Shown: positions 50,345-60,489 of the stretch, one piece after another
Position numbering within the stretch: position 1 is the stretch's first letter
Layout of the letters: every line of letters starts with the position of its first letter
DNA from: Thermoplasmatota archaeon
GTDB taxonomy: Archaea > Thermoplasmatota > E2 > DHVEG-1 > B18-G2
NCBI GenBank assembly: GCA_029259115.1
Contig: JAPDJO010000018.1
Location: forward strand, 1 to 64,000
Direction: 5' to 3'
Length of the DNA stretch: 64,000 bases
Notes under the pieces: generated by a model
What the model saw: the letters and a program-made list of their open reading frames with translations, nothing else
The model's database searches: none
What the model was told of the DNA's origin: nothing
Translations under genes and position numbers: made by a program

Positions 50345-51207
50345 TGGCTACGGAGAAGAAGTTCGTCAGAGAAAATGTGAAGAGATTAATGATAAAGGAA
50401 TACCTCAGAGAGAGAATCGCAGGCGCAGGATTCGGAGGAATGGATATACAGCGAACGCCTATGGGAACCAGGATATCCATACTCGTGGAAAGGCCAGGAT
50501 TAGTCATAGGTAGAGGTGGATCAAACATAGCTAAACTCACAGAAGAGATTAAAGAAAAGTTTGATGTTGACAATCCTCAGATAGAGATCATAGAGGCTGG
50601 AGATAAAGCTGCACTTAATGCTCAGATAATGGCAGAAAAATTAGCCGAGGCTTTAGAAAGAGGATGGCACTTCAGAAGAGCTGGACATTCAACAGTAAGA
50701 AGAATAATGGAGGCAGGAGCAAAAGGATGTCAGGTAATAATATCAGGGAAGCTTACAGGAGAAAGACATAGAACAGAGAAGTTTACTCAGGGCCATGTAA
50801 AGTACTGTGGAGATATAGTGAAAGATGTTATGGATGAAGGATTTGCTGTAGCAAAGCTTAAACCTGGAGTTATTGGAGTAAAAGTTAGGATAATGAAGCC
50901 TGATGCAAAGCTGCCAGATGAGATATCTATAGTGGGTCCAGAGGCAGAAAAGAAAGAGGAAGCTGAAGAAGAGGCAAAGGAGGAAGAAAAGGAGGCCAAA
51001 GAGGAAAAGAAGGAGGAGGCAAAACTGACCGATCTCAAAGGAGTTGGAGAATCGATAGTCAAAGAATTGGAGAAACTAGGAATAAAATCCATAGAAGATC
51101 TCAAGGATATGTCCATCGAAGAATTAGAAAAGATAAAAGGTATAGGTAAGAAGACAGCTAAGGAAATCAAAGAACAACTCAAGAAAGTCTTAAAAGAGGT
51201 GGAGTAA
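50341..51207 (+). CDS. rps3: 30S ribosomal protein uS3 with acidic linker and C-terminal double HhH domain
   Basis: RPGLVIGR.G, ERG..FRRA and KPGVIGVKV core; tail LKGVG...IKGIGKKTA. Confidence 0.97.
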   Translation: MMATEKKFVRENVKRLMIKEYLRERIAGAGFGGMDIQRTPMGTRISILVERPGLVIGRGGSNIAKLTEEIKEKFDVDNPQIEIIEAGDKAALNAQIMAEKLAEALERGWHFRRAGHSTVRRIMEAGAKGCQVIISGKLTGERHRTEKFTQGHVKYCGDIVKDVMDEGFAVAKLKPGVIGVKVRIMKPDAKLPDEISIVGPEAEKKEEAEEEAKEEEKEAKEEKKEEAKLTDLKGVGESIVKELEKLGIKSIEDLKDMSIEELEKIKGIGKKTAKEIKEQLKKVLKEVE

Positions 51208-51407
51208 TGGCGCTTAAGATTAAGGATATAAGAGAGATGTCTCCCGAAGAGAGGGAGGAAAAACTTAAGGAATTGAGAGAAGAGCTCATGCATGAGAGAG
51301 GAGTAGCTGCTATGGGTGGATCTCCTCCCAATCCCGGAAAGATAAGGCAGCTTAGAAAATCTATATCTAGACTGCTTACCGTGATTAGGGAGGAAAAAGA
51401 GAAATGA
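51207..51407 (+). CDS. rpl29: 50S ribosomal protein uL29
   Basis: IREMS and NPGKIR..RK.I.R..T motifs. Confidence 0.97.
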   Translation: MALKIKDIREMSPEEREEKLKELREELMHERGVAAMGGSPPNPGKIRQLRKSISRLLTVIREEKEK

Positions 51408-51703
51408 GTGAGATATGCCCAAAATGTGGTCTGCCTAAAGAGATATGCGTTTGCGAAGAAATAGCAAGAGAGCAGCAGATAGTGGAGATAAAGATAGACA
51501 AGAGAAGGTATGGCAAAACAATGACCATAATAGAGGGTATAGACGAGAAGACCGCTGATATGAAGTCTCTGGTGAGTAAACTTAAATCGATATGCGCAAG
51601 CGGCGGGACCGTAAAAGATGGAAGAATAGAGCTGCAAGGAGATCATAGGAACAAGGTAAAAGAGTATCTCGAAAGCCTTGGCTACACGGTAAAGGTATCC
51701 TGA
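51404..51703 (+). CDS. Translation initiation factor aIF1 (SUI1)
   Basis: CPKCGLP...C.C, RRYGK, GGTVK and IELQGDH motifs. Confidence 0.96.
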   Translation: MSEICPKCGLPKEICVCEEIAREQQIVEIKIDKRRYGKTMTIIEGIDEKTADMKSLVSKLKSICASGGTVKDGRIELQGDHRNKVKEYLESLGYTVKVS

Positions 51704-51704
51704 G

Positions 51705-51980
51705 GTGATAACAGTGAAAGAAGAGACACTCTTGGTTAAAGGAGAGCTTATCGGGAAAGAAGTTAGGATAAAGGAGTGCAAAGATCCCTCATGGGTAGGT
51801 AAGATAGGAAAGATAGTGGATGAAACGAAAAACACATTCAAAATAGAAATAGATGGAGAAGAAAAGATCATAGCTAAAGATATTGCGGTGTTTGAATTTA
51901 AGATAGGGAATAAAACATACGAAGTTGAAGGCTCAAGATTAAAATTCAGACCTGAAGAAAGGATAAAGAAAGCGAGGTAG
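51705..51980 (+). CDS. rnp1: RNase P protein component 1 (Rpp29/POP4)
   Basis: [13 protein letters not shown] and RPEERIK motifs; canonical operon position. Confidence 0.93.
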   Translation: MITVKEETLLVKGELIGKEVRIKECKDPSWVGKIGKIVDETKNTFKIEIDGEEKIIAKDIAVFEFKIGNKTYEVEGSRLKFRPEERIKKAR

Positions 51981-51984
51981 GAAA

Positions 51985-52332
51985 ATGGCCGAGAAAAAAG
52001 GAAGAGATATAGGTTTGGGCGTTCCAATACCAGAGAAGACATGCGATGATAAAAATTGTCCATTCCATGGAAGCTTATCGGTTAGAGGACAAATTATAAC
52101 CGGAGAGGTTGTATCAGATAAGATGCAGAAGACCGTCGTTGTAAAGAGAGAATATCTATATTACATTCCAAAGTACGAGAGATATGAAAAGAGGACATCA
52201 AAGTATATGGCTCATTGCCCTCCATGCTTAGAGGTTAAAGTTGGGGATAAGGTGAAGATTGGTGAGTGTAGACCTATAAGTAAAGGAGTTTCATTTGTTG
52301 TCATCCAGAAATTAGAAGGTGAAAAGAGATGA
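51985..52332 (+). CDS. rps17: 30S ribosomal protein uS17
   Basis: [13 protein letters not shown] and ECRPISK motifs. Confidence 0.98.
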   Translation: MAEKKGRDIGLGVPIPEKTCDDKNCPFHGSLSVRGQIITGEVVSDKMQKTVVVKREYLYYIPKYERYEKRTSKYMAHCPPCLEVKVGDKVKIGECRPISKGVSFVVIQKLEGEKR

Positions 52333-52727
52333 AAGGAATTCCTGGAAGAACTCATAGAGGTTTGCCAGTAGGAGCAAGGTTGGAATGCGTAGATAACACA
52401 GGTGCAAAGGAGTTGCAGATAATTATGGTTCCAAAGATAAAGGGAGTGCATCGAAGATATCCTGCTGCTGGAGTTGGTGATTTGGTCGTTGCTAGCGTGA
52501 AGAAGGGAAAGATAGAGATCAGGAAACAAGTAGTATATGCGGTTATAGTTAGGCAAAGAAGACCTTACAGGAGACCAAATGGAGTTATGGTTCAGTTTGA
52601 GGATAATGCTGCTGTCATAGTAACACCAACTGGAGAAATGAAAGGATCGATGATAAAAGGGCCGGTCGCTCTCGAAGCAGCAGAAAGATGGCCCAAGATA
52701 GCTGCTAATGCATCTATGATTGTTTGA
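52329..52727 (+). CDS. rpl14: 50S ribosomal protein uL14
   Basis: DNTGAK, FEDNAAV and GPVA.EAAERW motifs. Confidence 0.98.
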   Translation: MKGIPGRTHRGLPVGARLECVDNTGAKELQIIMVPKIKGVHRRYPAAGVGDLVVASVKKGKIEIRKQVVYAVIVRQRRPYRRPNGVMVQFEDNAAVIVTPTGEMKGSMIKGPVALEAAERWPKIAANASMIV

Positions 52728-52737
52728 GGTGATAGAA

Positions 52738-53244
52738 ATGATAGAATCAAAGCAACCCAGAAAACAAAGGAAATTCCTCTTCAATGCACCACTTCATGTA
52801 AGGAGAAAATTCCTATCTGCCCATCTCTCAGACGATCTCATAACAAAGTATAAGAGAAGGAGTTTTCCTATTGCAAAGGGAGATACCGTTAAAGTCGTGA
52901 GAGGTGACTTCAAGGGTCACACAGGAAAGGTTGCAGAAGTGGATCTTAAGAAAGGCATCGTTAAGGTTGAAGGAGTGTTGATAACAAAGGCTGATGGAAA
53001 GAGAGTGATGAGACCTCTACATCCCAGTAATCTCATAATAACCAAGCTCAACCTTACAGATCCTGTAAGAAGGAAGAAACTAGAGAGAGGTGTATCAGAA
53101 GAGGTGAAAGAGGAAATAGAGAAGGAAGCCGAAGAGCAGATTAGAGAGATGGAAAAGGAACAGGAAGAGGTTAAAGAAAAAGAAGAGGAAAAGGAAGAAA
53201 AGGGTAGTGAAAAGGAGGTAAAAGAGAATGAGCAAACATCTTAA
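52738..53244 (+). CDS. rpl24: 50S ribosomal protein uL24 with long Glu/Lys C-terminal tail
   Basis: SKQPRKQRK...APLH, GDTVKVVRG and HPSN motifs. Confidence 0.97.
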   Translation: MIESKQPRKQRKFLFNAPLHVRRKFLSAHLSDDLITKYKRRSFPIAKGDTVKVVRGDFKGHTGKVAEVDLKKGIVKVEGVLITKADGKRVMRPLHPSNLIITKLNLTDPVRRKKLERGVSEEVKEEIEKEAEEQIREMEKEQEEVKEKEEEKEEKGSEKEVKENEQTS

Positions 53245-53953
53245 GAGATTAGCAGCACCAAGAGCCATGCCCATACCAAGAAAGATTGCAAAATTTACCA
53301 TAAAACCATCTCCAGGTCCACATCCAGCAGATAGAGCTTTACCTCTCGGAATAATTGTCAGAGATCTATTGAAGTTATGCGATACCGGAAAAGAAGCTAA
53401 GAAGATCATAAAGAATGGAGACATACTTGTCGATGGTAGAGTCAGGAAAGATATCAAATTCCCCTGTGGATTGATGGATGTCATATCTATTCCAAAACTC
53501 AAAAAATCTTACAGAGTTTTGTTTGATCAAAGAGGGAAGTTAACGCTTGTTCCAATAGATGAAAAAGACGCAAAATGGAAGTTGTGTAGAGTAGAAAATA
53601 AAACGACTGTGAAGGGAGGGAAGACTCAACTGAATCTCCACGATGGCAAGAATCTATTGATAGAGAATGATGGTTATAAGACAGGTGATGTGATAAAACT
53701 ATCTCTTAAAGATAACAAGGTCATCGATCACTATCCCTTAGAGAAAGGAATCTTAGCCCTGATAACTGGAGGAAAGCATATAGGAGAAGTCGCAACCATC
53801 GAAGAGATAACAGTAACCAAATCATCAAAGCCAAACATAGTCTCCCTAAAAGGAAAAAGCGGAACGTTTTCGACGATAAAGGATTATGTTTTCCCTGTTG
53901 GAAAGGAAAAGCCTGCTATCAATCTGCCAGAGGTGAGGATCGATGGAAGCTAA
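53228..53953 (+). CDS. rps4e: 30S ribosomal protein eS4
   Basis: HLKRLAAP, PSPGPH, GLMDVI and LHDG motifs. Confidence 0.98.
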   Translation: MSKHLKRLAAPRAMPIPRKIAKFTIKPSPGPHPADRALPLGIIVRDLLKLCDTGKEAKKIIKNGDILVDGRVRKDIKFPCGLMDVISIPKLKKSYRVLFDQRGKLTLVPIDEKDAKWKLCRVENKTTVKGGKTQLNLHDGKNLLIENDGYKTGDVIKLSLKDNKVIDHYPLEKGILALITGGKHIGEVATIEEITVTKSSKPNIVSLKGKSGTFSTIKDYVFPVGKEKPAINLPEVRIDGS

Positions 53954-54449
53954 GTTCGAGCCCAGAGTCGCAAAGGTTACGATAAACATAGGCGTAGGAG
54001 AGGCTGGAGAAAGATTGGAAAAGGCTGAAAAGGTGCTGGAGATGCTCACCGGCAGAAAACCTGTAAAAACTATAGCAAAAAGAACAAACAAGGAGTTTGG
54101 TATAAGGAAAGGTATGCCTATAGGCTGTAAGGTTACTCTTAGAAAGAAGGAAGCGGAGGAGTTTCTGAAAAAAGCTTTTGGTATATTGAATAACAAGATT
54201 CCGTCTTATTCTTTCGATGATGAAGGTAACTTCTCATTTGGAATACCTGATTATACTCTTTTCCCCGACCAGAAGTATGATCCTGAGATAGGGATTTTTG
54301 GCATGGATATTTGTGTCACTCTAGAGAGGATAGGATACAGGATAAAACACAGAAAGATAAGGAGGAGGAAGATACCAGCAAAGCACAGGATAAAGAGAGA
54401 GGAAGCTATGGAGTTTGTTAAAAAGAGGTTCAACGTAGAGGTGATTTAG
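53943..54449 (+). CDS. rpl5: 50S ribosomal protein uL5
   Basis: NIGVGE, KVTLR, GNFSFGI and [11 protein letters not shown] motifs. Confidence 0.98.
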   Translation: MEAKFEPRVAKVTINIGVGEAGERLEKAEKVLEMLTGRKPVKTIAKRTNKEFGIRKGMPIGCKVTLRKKEAEEFLKKAFGILNNKIPSYSFDDEGNFSFGIPDYTLFPDQKYDPEIGIFGMDICVTLERIGYRIKHRKIRRRKIPAKHRIKREEAMEFVKKRFNVEVI

Positions 54450-54604
54450 TGAAGATAAAGGAAAGGAAGAAGATCTATGGTAGAGTGAAGGGATGCGAGA
54501 GGTGCGGTAGAAAGAGAGGTATCATTAGAAGATATGGTTTACATCTATGTAGGCAATGCTTTAGAGAGGTTGCTGAAGAGTTAGGTTTTAAAAAGTATTC
54601 CTGA
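54449..54604 (+). CDS. rps14: 30S ribosomal protein uS14 (Zn-binding); missing from the ORF track
   Basis: Manual translation from GTG: [51 protein letters not shown]. Confidence 0.97.
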   Translation: MKIKERKKIYGRVKGCERCGRKRGIIRRYGLHLCRQCFREVAEELGFKKYS

Positions 54605-54617
54605 TTCGGGTGATAAG

Positions 54618-55007
54618 ATGCAGCACGATCCATTATCAGATGCTCTCTCAGCAATAAAGAATGCAGAGATGAAAGGAAAGAGAAGATGTACAATAAAGCC
54701 TGCATCTAAACTCATAGGAAATGTACTTAGTCTAATGAAGGAAGAGGGCTACATAAAGGAGTTTGAGTTTATCGATGATCACAAAGCAGGTTACTTTGAG
54801 GTGGAGTTAAAAGGAGCTATAAATGATTGTGGAGCTATTAAACCCAGATATCCAATAAAGAGAGATGAGATGGAAAAATGGGAGTCTAGATACCTACCAG
54901 CGAGAGATTTTGGGATATTGATACTAACGACAAATCAGGGTGTGATATCAAATAAAAAAGCAAAGGAGTTGGGCATTGGCGGAAAACTTTTAGCTTATGT
55001 GTATTAG
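54618..55007 (+). CDS. rps8: 30S ribosomal protein uS8
   Basis: DPL.DAL..I.NAE, IKPR and GGKLLAYVY motifs. Confidence 0.98.
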   Translation: MQHDPLSDALSAIKNAEMKGKRRCTIKPASKLIGNVLSLMKEEGYIKEFEFIDDHKAGYFEVELKGAINDCGAIKPRYPIKRDEMEKWESRYLPARDFGILILTTNQGVISNKKAKELGIGGKLLAYVY

Positions 55008-55016
55008 GTGTCAACC

Positions 55017-55565
55017 ATGGCAAGGAAGAGACTTGAAGAGATAAGAAAAGTCCTTGAGATTCCGGATAACGTCGAGGTTAGAGTAGAAGAGGGGAATAAA
55101 GTATATGTTAAAGGAGAGAAAGGAGAGTTATTCAGAGAATTGACCCACCATAAGGTCGAGATAAGAAAAATCGACAACAAAGTAGAGATATACTGCAAGA
55201 AACCAAGGAGAAAAGACCTTGCGATGGTCGGAACATGTTATGCCCACATAAAGAATATGATAAAAGGTGTAACCGAAGGTTTTGAATATAAGATGAAGGT
55301 TGTCTACTCTCACTTCCCTATAAAAACGTCAGTAAGTGGAGATCAATTCTTAATTCATAACTTCTTGGGGGAGAAAAAGCCAAGGGTTGCAAAGATACTA
55401 GATGGTGTGAGTGTTGAGATAAAAGGGGATCTGATCCTTGTTAAGGGTATAGACAAGGAAAAGGTTGGACAGACTGTAGCGAACATAGAGCTAGCTACAA
55501 GAGTTAAGAACAGGGATGTCAGGGTATTCCAAGATGGAATATACAGGATATCGAGAGGTGATTAA
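55017..55565 (+). CDS. rpl6: 50S ribosomal protein uL6
   Basis: YSHFP, NFLGEK and RVFQDGIY motifs. Confidence 0.98.
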   Translation: MARKRLEEIRKVLEIPDNVEVRVEEGNKVYVKGEKGELFRELTHHKVEIRKIDNKVEIYCKKPRRKDLAMVGTCYAHIKNMIKGVTEGFEYKMKVVYSHFPIKTSVSGDQFLIHNFLGEKKPRVAKILDGVSVEIKGDLILVKGIDKEKVGQTVANIELATRVKNRDVRVFQDGIYRISRGD

Positions 55566-55567
55566 GG

Positions 55568-56236
55568 ATGGAGAAGGAGGAATTTCTAAAGTTCCTAACG
55601 AGTATTCAAGGTATAGGCAAAGCAAAAGCTGAAGCAATATACAATAGCGGTTACGATTCTATAGAGAAATTGAAAAAAGCAAAGATAGAGGATCTTACCA
55701 ATATAAAAGGTATAAACGAGGAGTTGGCTAAGAAGATAAAAGAAAAAGTGGGCACAGAGGAAGAAGAAAAGAAGGAGGAGAAAAAAGAAATAAAGGAAGA
55801 AACTAAGGAAGAAAAACCAAAGAAAATGATTCCAAGGATTAAGCCCAAACTTGACGAAAGGATAAAGGATGCCTTGGAAAAGAGAAGGATAAGAAAGGAA
55901 AAAGAGCCTGAATTTCTGAGACAGGAATGGTTCAGATACAAAAGATTGGAAGAATGCTGGAGGAGGCCCAAGGGTTTGCATTCGAAGATGAGGAAAGGAC
56001 TCAAGTATAGACCTGCTAGGGTTAAAATAGGTTACAGAGGACCAAAACTAGCTAGAAACCTTCATCCTTCAGGATTTGAAGAAGTCTTAGTATATAGAGT
56101 TGAAGATCTTAACAATATAAATCCGGAGAAACAAGCCGTCAGAATAGGTGGAACTGTTGGAGTTAGGAAAAGGATAGAGATAGTAAAAAGAGCTGATGAG
56201 TTAGGTATAAGGGTATTGAATAGGGGTGAACTATGA
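55568..56236 (+). CDS. rpl32e: 50S ribosomal protein eL32 with N-terminal double HhH domain
   Basis: WRRPKG..SKMR, GYR.P and HPSGFEEVLV core; N-terminal IQGIGKAKA...IKGINEELA. Confidence 0.97.
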   Translation: MEKEEFLKFLTSIQGIGKAKAEAIYNSGYDSIEKLKKAKIEDLTNIKGINEELAKKIKEKVGTEEEEKKEEKKEIKEETKEEKPKKMIPRIKPKLDERIKDALEKRRIRKEKEPEFLRQEWFRYKRLEECWRRPKGLHSKMRKGLKYRPARVKIGYRGPKLARNLHPSGFEEVLVYRVEDLNNINPEKQAVRIGGTVGVRKRIEIVKRADELGIRVLNRGEL

Positions 56237-56694
56237 CAGATTTAAGGCATCAAAGGAGAATGGCTGCAGAGGTACTGAAATGTGGGGAGAACAGGGTATG
56301 GATGGATCCAGATAGATGCGAAGAGATAGCAAAAGCTGTAACAAGATCAGATATAAGGCTCCTGATAAAAGGTGGTGCAATAGCAAAGAAGCCAGTAAAG
56401 GGTATATCGAGCGCAAGAAAGAAGAAGCTCAAGATGCAGAAAGAAAAAGGCAGGAGGAAAGGTCCTGGTTCAAGGAAAGGAGCAAAGAATGCAAGGTATC
56501 CGAGAAAGAGGAAATGGGTTGTCACGATAAGAGCAATAAGAGCATATCTAAGGGAATTAAGAGATGAAGGAAAGATAGACAGACATACCTATAGGATATA
56601 CTACAGAAGAGCTAAAGGAGGAGTTTTCAGAAGTAAGGCTCACTTGAGATCACATCTAATAGATGAAGGAATAATCAAGGAGGAAGAAAAATGA
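56233..56694 (+). CDS. rpl19e: 50S ribosomal protein eL19
   Basis: RVW.DP, GPGSRKG and Y...KGG.F motifs. Confidence 0.98.
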   Translation: MTDLRHQRRMAAEVLKCGENRVWMDPDRCEEIAKAVTRSDIRLLIKGGAIAKKPVKGISSARKKKLKMQKEKGRRKGPGSRKGAKNARYPRKRKWVVTIRAIRAYLRELRDEGKIDRHTYRIYYRRAKGGVFRSKAHLRSHLIDEGIIKEEEK

Positions 56695-57197
56695 GTCAAG
56701 GACCAAGATACAGATTGCCATTCAAAAGAAGAAGACTAGGTATAACAGACTACAGGAAGAGAAAAAATTTACTTAAATCCAGGAAAATCAGAGCAGTGAT
56801 AAGGAGATCTTTGAAATATATAACTATACAGTTTGTGAAATACAACGAAAAAGGGGACGAGGTTTTAGTAGCTGTAACATCAAAGGAACTAGAAAAATAT
56901 GGATGGAACGGTACTAAAGATTCAACACCCGCAGCGTATCTAACTGGAATAATCGCTGGAATAAAAGCTAAGGAAAAAGGTATCAATGAGTGTATAGCAG
57001 ATATAGGAAGATACACGGCAAGTAGAGGAGCCAGGGTCTTCGCTGCGATCAAGGGAATCATAGATGCAGGCGTAGAATGCCCATGCGATGAGTCTATGTT
57101 TCCAAGTGAGGAGAGGATAAGGGGAGAACATCTCCAGAAGAAACTCAATGTTGATGTTTTTGAGATCAAAGATAAGATAATGGGTGGAGAGAAATGA
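56691..57197 (+). CDS. rpl18: 50S ribosomal protein uL18
   Basis: GPRY...RRR..TDY..R and AAYLTG motifs. Confidence 0.98.
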   Translation: MSQGPRYRLPFKRRRLGITDYRKRKNLLKSRKIRAVIRRSLKYITIQFVKYNEKGDEVLVAVTSKELEKYGWNGTKDSTPAAYLTGIIAGIKAKEKGINECIADIGRYTASRGARVFAAIKGIIDAGVECPCDESMFPSEERIRGEHLQKKLNVDVFEIKDKIMGGEK

Positions 57198-57853
57198 ACG
57201 AGATCGATTGGGAACCAAAGACAAAGCTGGGAAGATTGGTGAAAAGTGGAGAGATAAGAACAATGGGAGAGGCTCTTAGGACAGGATTGCCTTTGAAAGA
57301 GCCTGAGATAGTTGATATACTTCTACCTGATCTGAAGGATGAAATCTTGGACGTTAATATGGTTCAGAGGATGACAGATTCTGGAAGAAGGGTTAAGTTC
57401 GCTATCACAGCTGTCGTTGGAAATGAAGACGGTTATGTTGGATTAGGGCATGCAAAAGGTAAAGAAGTCGGAGCAAGTATAAGGAAAGCGATTGAGAATG
57501 CAAAGCTCAACATCATAGAGATAAGGAGAGGATGCGGTTCCTGGGAGTGTAGATGTGGAAAACCTCATACTCTGCCTTTTGCTGTCATGGGAAAATGCGG
57601 ATCTGTAGAGGTGTACTTCAAGCCGGCGCCACAAGGTTTGGGTTTGGTTGCAGGAGAAGTCGCAAAGAAGATACTCAGATTAGCTGGAGTGAAAGATATA
57701 TGGGCATTCACAAGAGGAACTACAAGAACTACCGTTAATTATGCACAGGCTGTTTACAACGCTTTAAAGAAGAATGCTGAAGTTAGATTAACTGAAGATG
57801 AGATAAAGAGATTAAACATAATCTCTGGATCAGCAGGCGTAGAGGAGGAGTAA
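57194..57853 (+). CDS. rps5: 30S ribosomal protein uS5
   Basis: W.PKTKLG, QRMTDSG and RGCGSWEC motifs. Confidence 0.98.
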   Translation: MNEIDWEPKTKLGRLVKSGEIRTMGEALRTGLPLKEPEIVDILLPDLKDEILDVNMVQRMTDSGRRVKFAITAVVGNEDGYVGLGHAKGKEVGASIRKAIENAKLNIIEIRRGCGSWECRCGKPHTLPFAVMGKCGSVEVYFKPAPQGLGLVAGEVAKKILRLAGVKDIWAFTRGTTRTTVNYAQAVYNALKKNAEVRLTEDEIKRLNIISGSAGVEEE

Positions 57854-57854
57854 G

Positions 57855-58319
57855 ATGGTCTATGCTGTCGTGAGAGTAAGAGGCACCGTGAATATTAGGC
57901 ACGATATAAAAAAGACTCTAGAGATGCTAAGATTGAATAGGGTGAATCATTGTGTTCTGGTAGAAGAGAGCGAGAGTTACAAAGGGATGCTCCAAAAGGC
58001 TAAAGATTATATTACCTGGGGTGAAATAGAGAAAGACACGCTTGTTGAACTGATAAAGAAGAGGGGTAGATTAATCGGAGATAAACCTTTGGATGATGAT
58101 TATGTTAAAAGTGCAACATCTTACAAATCTATAGAAGAGCTTGCTGAAGCAATAATCGAAGGTAAAATAAAGTATAGGGAGCTACCAGAAATAAAACCTG
58201 TATTCAGATTATCTCCTCCAAGAAAGGGATATGAAGGGATAAAGAGGGCATACACTGTAGGTGGAGCTTTGGGTTACAGAGGGAAAGATATAAATGATCT
58301 GATAAAGAGGATGTTGTAA
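57855..58319 (+). CDS. rpl30: 50S ribosomal protein uL30
   Basis: [21 protein letters not shown] and GGALGYRG motifs. Confidence 0.98.
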   Translation: MVYAVVRVRGTVNIRHDIKKTLEMLRLNRVNHCVLVEESESYKGMLQKAKDYITWGEIEKDTLVELIKKRGRLIGDKPLDDDYVKSATSYKSIEELAEAIIEGKIKYRELPEIKPVFRLSPPRKGYEGIKRAYTVGGALGYRGKDINDLIKRML

Positions 58320-58371
58320 ATTTCAAAAAGTTATTAAATATGGAGGAAGTAAAATTATATAGAGGGATAGT

Positions 58372-58587
58372 ATGGAGGAAACCCTTTACAGCATAGAGAT
58401 CCATAAGGAGAAGGGGATGTACATAGGAAAGATATACTCTGATGTAGACGGAGTAAAGGAGTTCAGGAATCCAAAGATTGAGGGGCTATTGAGAGAGATA
58501 ACTTTCGATATACAGCTTGCTCTGGATACATTTTCAGCGAGATCCATGGAATTTGCCGAAGGAGAGCACATCGAGGAAGAGATATAG
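58372..58587 (+). CDS. Small acidic hypothetical protein
   Basis: 71-aa ORF with its own AT-rich upstream region. Confidence 0.6.
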   Translation: MEETLYSIEIHKEKGMYIGKIYSDVDGVKEFRNPKIEGLLREITFDIQLALDTFSARSMEFAEGEHIEEEI

Positions 58588-58594
58588 CTAACTC

Positions 58595-59551
58595 TCATTC
58601 CAAACTATTCTTCCCACTTTGATTATACCACCTAATCATATCTTCCACGGTTTTCTCCAAATCGAAGGTTGGTTTGTAACCTAAAACCCTTCTTGCCTTC
58701 TCACAACTTATTATTCTATTTGATGCTAAAGCCCTCACACGGAATCTCGTTATCTTGGGATTAGAGGATATAAATTCGTGCAGAGTAGCTAATGTGTATG
58801 CGATCCAGAAAGGAACTCTCTTCTCGGGTTTCTCAACTCCCAATCTCTCTACCAATTTTTCTATGAACTCTCCAATTTTTACTGTAAAGCTAACAACATT
58901 GAAAGTCTCTCCTCTATCATCCCTCTCCAATGCCAATCTGAGGCATCTTGCAACATCTACTGGATGGACGATGGATATAGTGTTGTTGCCATCTCCAACC
59001 AATACCATAGATTTGCTAGTAAGCATGTCCAGTAAAATCTTTGTTGTCTGCCCTCTGGCTCCAAAGACCAGTGGAGGTCTTATGATGGATGTCTTGATCT
59101 CTTCATACTCCCCGAGTATCTTTTCTCCCAACAATTTGGATTTTTGGTAAGCGTTCATGGGTTTCTTGGGAAAATCTTCAGTTATAACTGTATCGGTCTT
59201 TGGAAAACCATAAACTCCTGCTGAGCTAGTATACACTATTCTATCTATATCATTCCTGATGCATGCCTCTGCAACATTTTTAGTTCCATTAACATTAACA
59301 TCATAGATTATCTCTTTCTTGCCAAAATCTATAGCATAGGCAGCGTTATGGAAAACAGCATCAATACCTTTGAAGGCTTTATCCAAAGTCTCTGGTTTAG
59401 TTATATCCCCCCTAAAAATTTCTACCTCGTTTTTCCATCTAGTAGTAGATTTCCTTGATAGAATTCTTACTTCATAACCGTTCCTTAGTAATTCTTCAAC
59501 GAGATAAGAACCTATAAAACCTGTTCCACCTGTAACTAAAACCTTCATCAT
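58595..59551 (-). CDS. NAD-dependent epimerase/dehydratase (extended SDR, 3-beta-HSD-like)
   Basis: TGGTGFIG, NV.GT.N, TSS and YQKSK motifs. Confidence 0.92.
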   Translation of the reverse strand: MMKVLVTGGTGFIGSYLVEELLRNGYEVRILSRKSTTRWKNEVEIFRGDITKPETLDKAFKGIDAVFHNAAYAIDFGKKEIIYDVNVNGTKNVAEACIRNDIDRIVYTSSAGVYGFPKTDTVITEDFPKKPMNAYQKSKLLGEKILGEYEEIKTSIIRPPLVFGARGQTTKILLDMLTSKSMVLVGDGNNTISIVHPVDVARCLRLALERDDRGETFNVVSFTVKIGEFIEKLVERLGVEKPEKRVPFWIAYTLATLHEFISSNPKITRFRVRALASNRIISCEKARRVLGYKPTFDLEKTVEDMIRWYNQSGKNSLE

Positions 59552-59664
59552 AAGCAGATTGGTCTCATGTTTAATTATTTTCTCTTGTTATCCATCATAA
59601 TCTTTTTAAATAGCTCTTATATTCTCTGGTTCATCCCAAAATATCCTTAATTGGAGGTTCAAAT

Positions 59665-59865
59665 TTGCGTTACACAAGATTTGAAAAGGCTAGAATCATA
59701 GGTGCAAGGGCTCTGCAGATATCTATGGGAGCACCTATCTTGATAAAGGTTCCGAAAGGTGTTATAGATCCAGTGCAAATAGCAATGTTGGAATTTGAAG
59801 AAGGTGCGATTCCAATAACGGTTATAAGAAAATCGGACATCAAACCCAAGGTTGATTGGGAGTGA
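59665..59865 (+). CDS. rpoK: RNA polymerase subunit Rpo6 (RpoK)
   Basis: [21 protein letters not shown]; TTG start after GGAGG. Confidence 0.97.
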   Translation: MRYTRFEKARIIGARALQISMGAPILIKVPKGVIDPVQIAMLEFEEGAIPITVIRKSDIKPKVDWE

Positions 59866-59869
59866 TTAG

Positions 59870-60487
59870 ATGGCGGAAGAGCAGAAATTAGAGGAGCAGA
59901 TGCTTGTACCAGAAGAGATATACCTTACCTCTGGAGTCCATATTGGAACAAGGCAGAAAACTTCGGATATGATGCAGTTCATCTACAAGGTTAGAAGTGA
60001 TGGTCTTTACATAATTGATATCAAGAAGACGGATCAAAGAATAAGATTTGCTGCAAAATTTTTAGCAAAGTATGAACCAGAAAACATACTTGTGGTATCT
60101 GCGAGACAGTATGGTCAAAAACCCATACAGCAATTTGCAAATCATACCGGAGCTATAGCTATACCTGGAAGATTTTTGCCAGGGACACTTACAAATCCAA
60201 ACTCAAAAGTCTATCTAGAGCCTGATGTCATAGTAATAACGGATCCACTTGTAGATAATCAAGCTCTCCAAGAAGCAAAGAATGTTGGTATTCCTTGTGT
60301 CGCTCTTTGTGATACCAACAACGAGTTGAGATATGTTGATCTCGCTATCCCAACAAACAATAAGGGTAGAAGAGCTTTGGCTCTCGTTTATTGGCTGCTA
60401 GCCAGAGAATTTTTGAAAGAGAAAGGAAAGATTAAGGATTATTCTGAGTTTACTCCAAAGGTAGAGGAGTTTGAAGCCGAGATATAG
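59870..60487 (+). CDS. rps2: 30S ribosomal protein uS2
   Basis: [17 protein letters not shown] and IPTNNKG motifs. Confidence 0.98.
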   Translation: MAEEQKLEEQMLVPEEIYLTSGVHIGTRQKTSDMMQFIYKVRSDGLYIIDIKKTDQRIRFAAKFLAKYEPENILVVSARQYGQKPIQQFANHTGAIAIPGRFLPGTLTNPNSKVYLEPDVIVITDPLVDNQALQEAKNVGIPCVALCDTNNELRYVDLAIPTNNKGRRALALVYWLLAREFLKEKGKIKDYSEFTPKVEEFEAEI

Positions 60488-60489
60488 GT

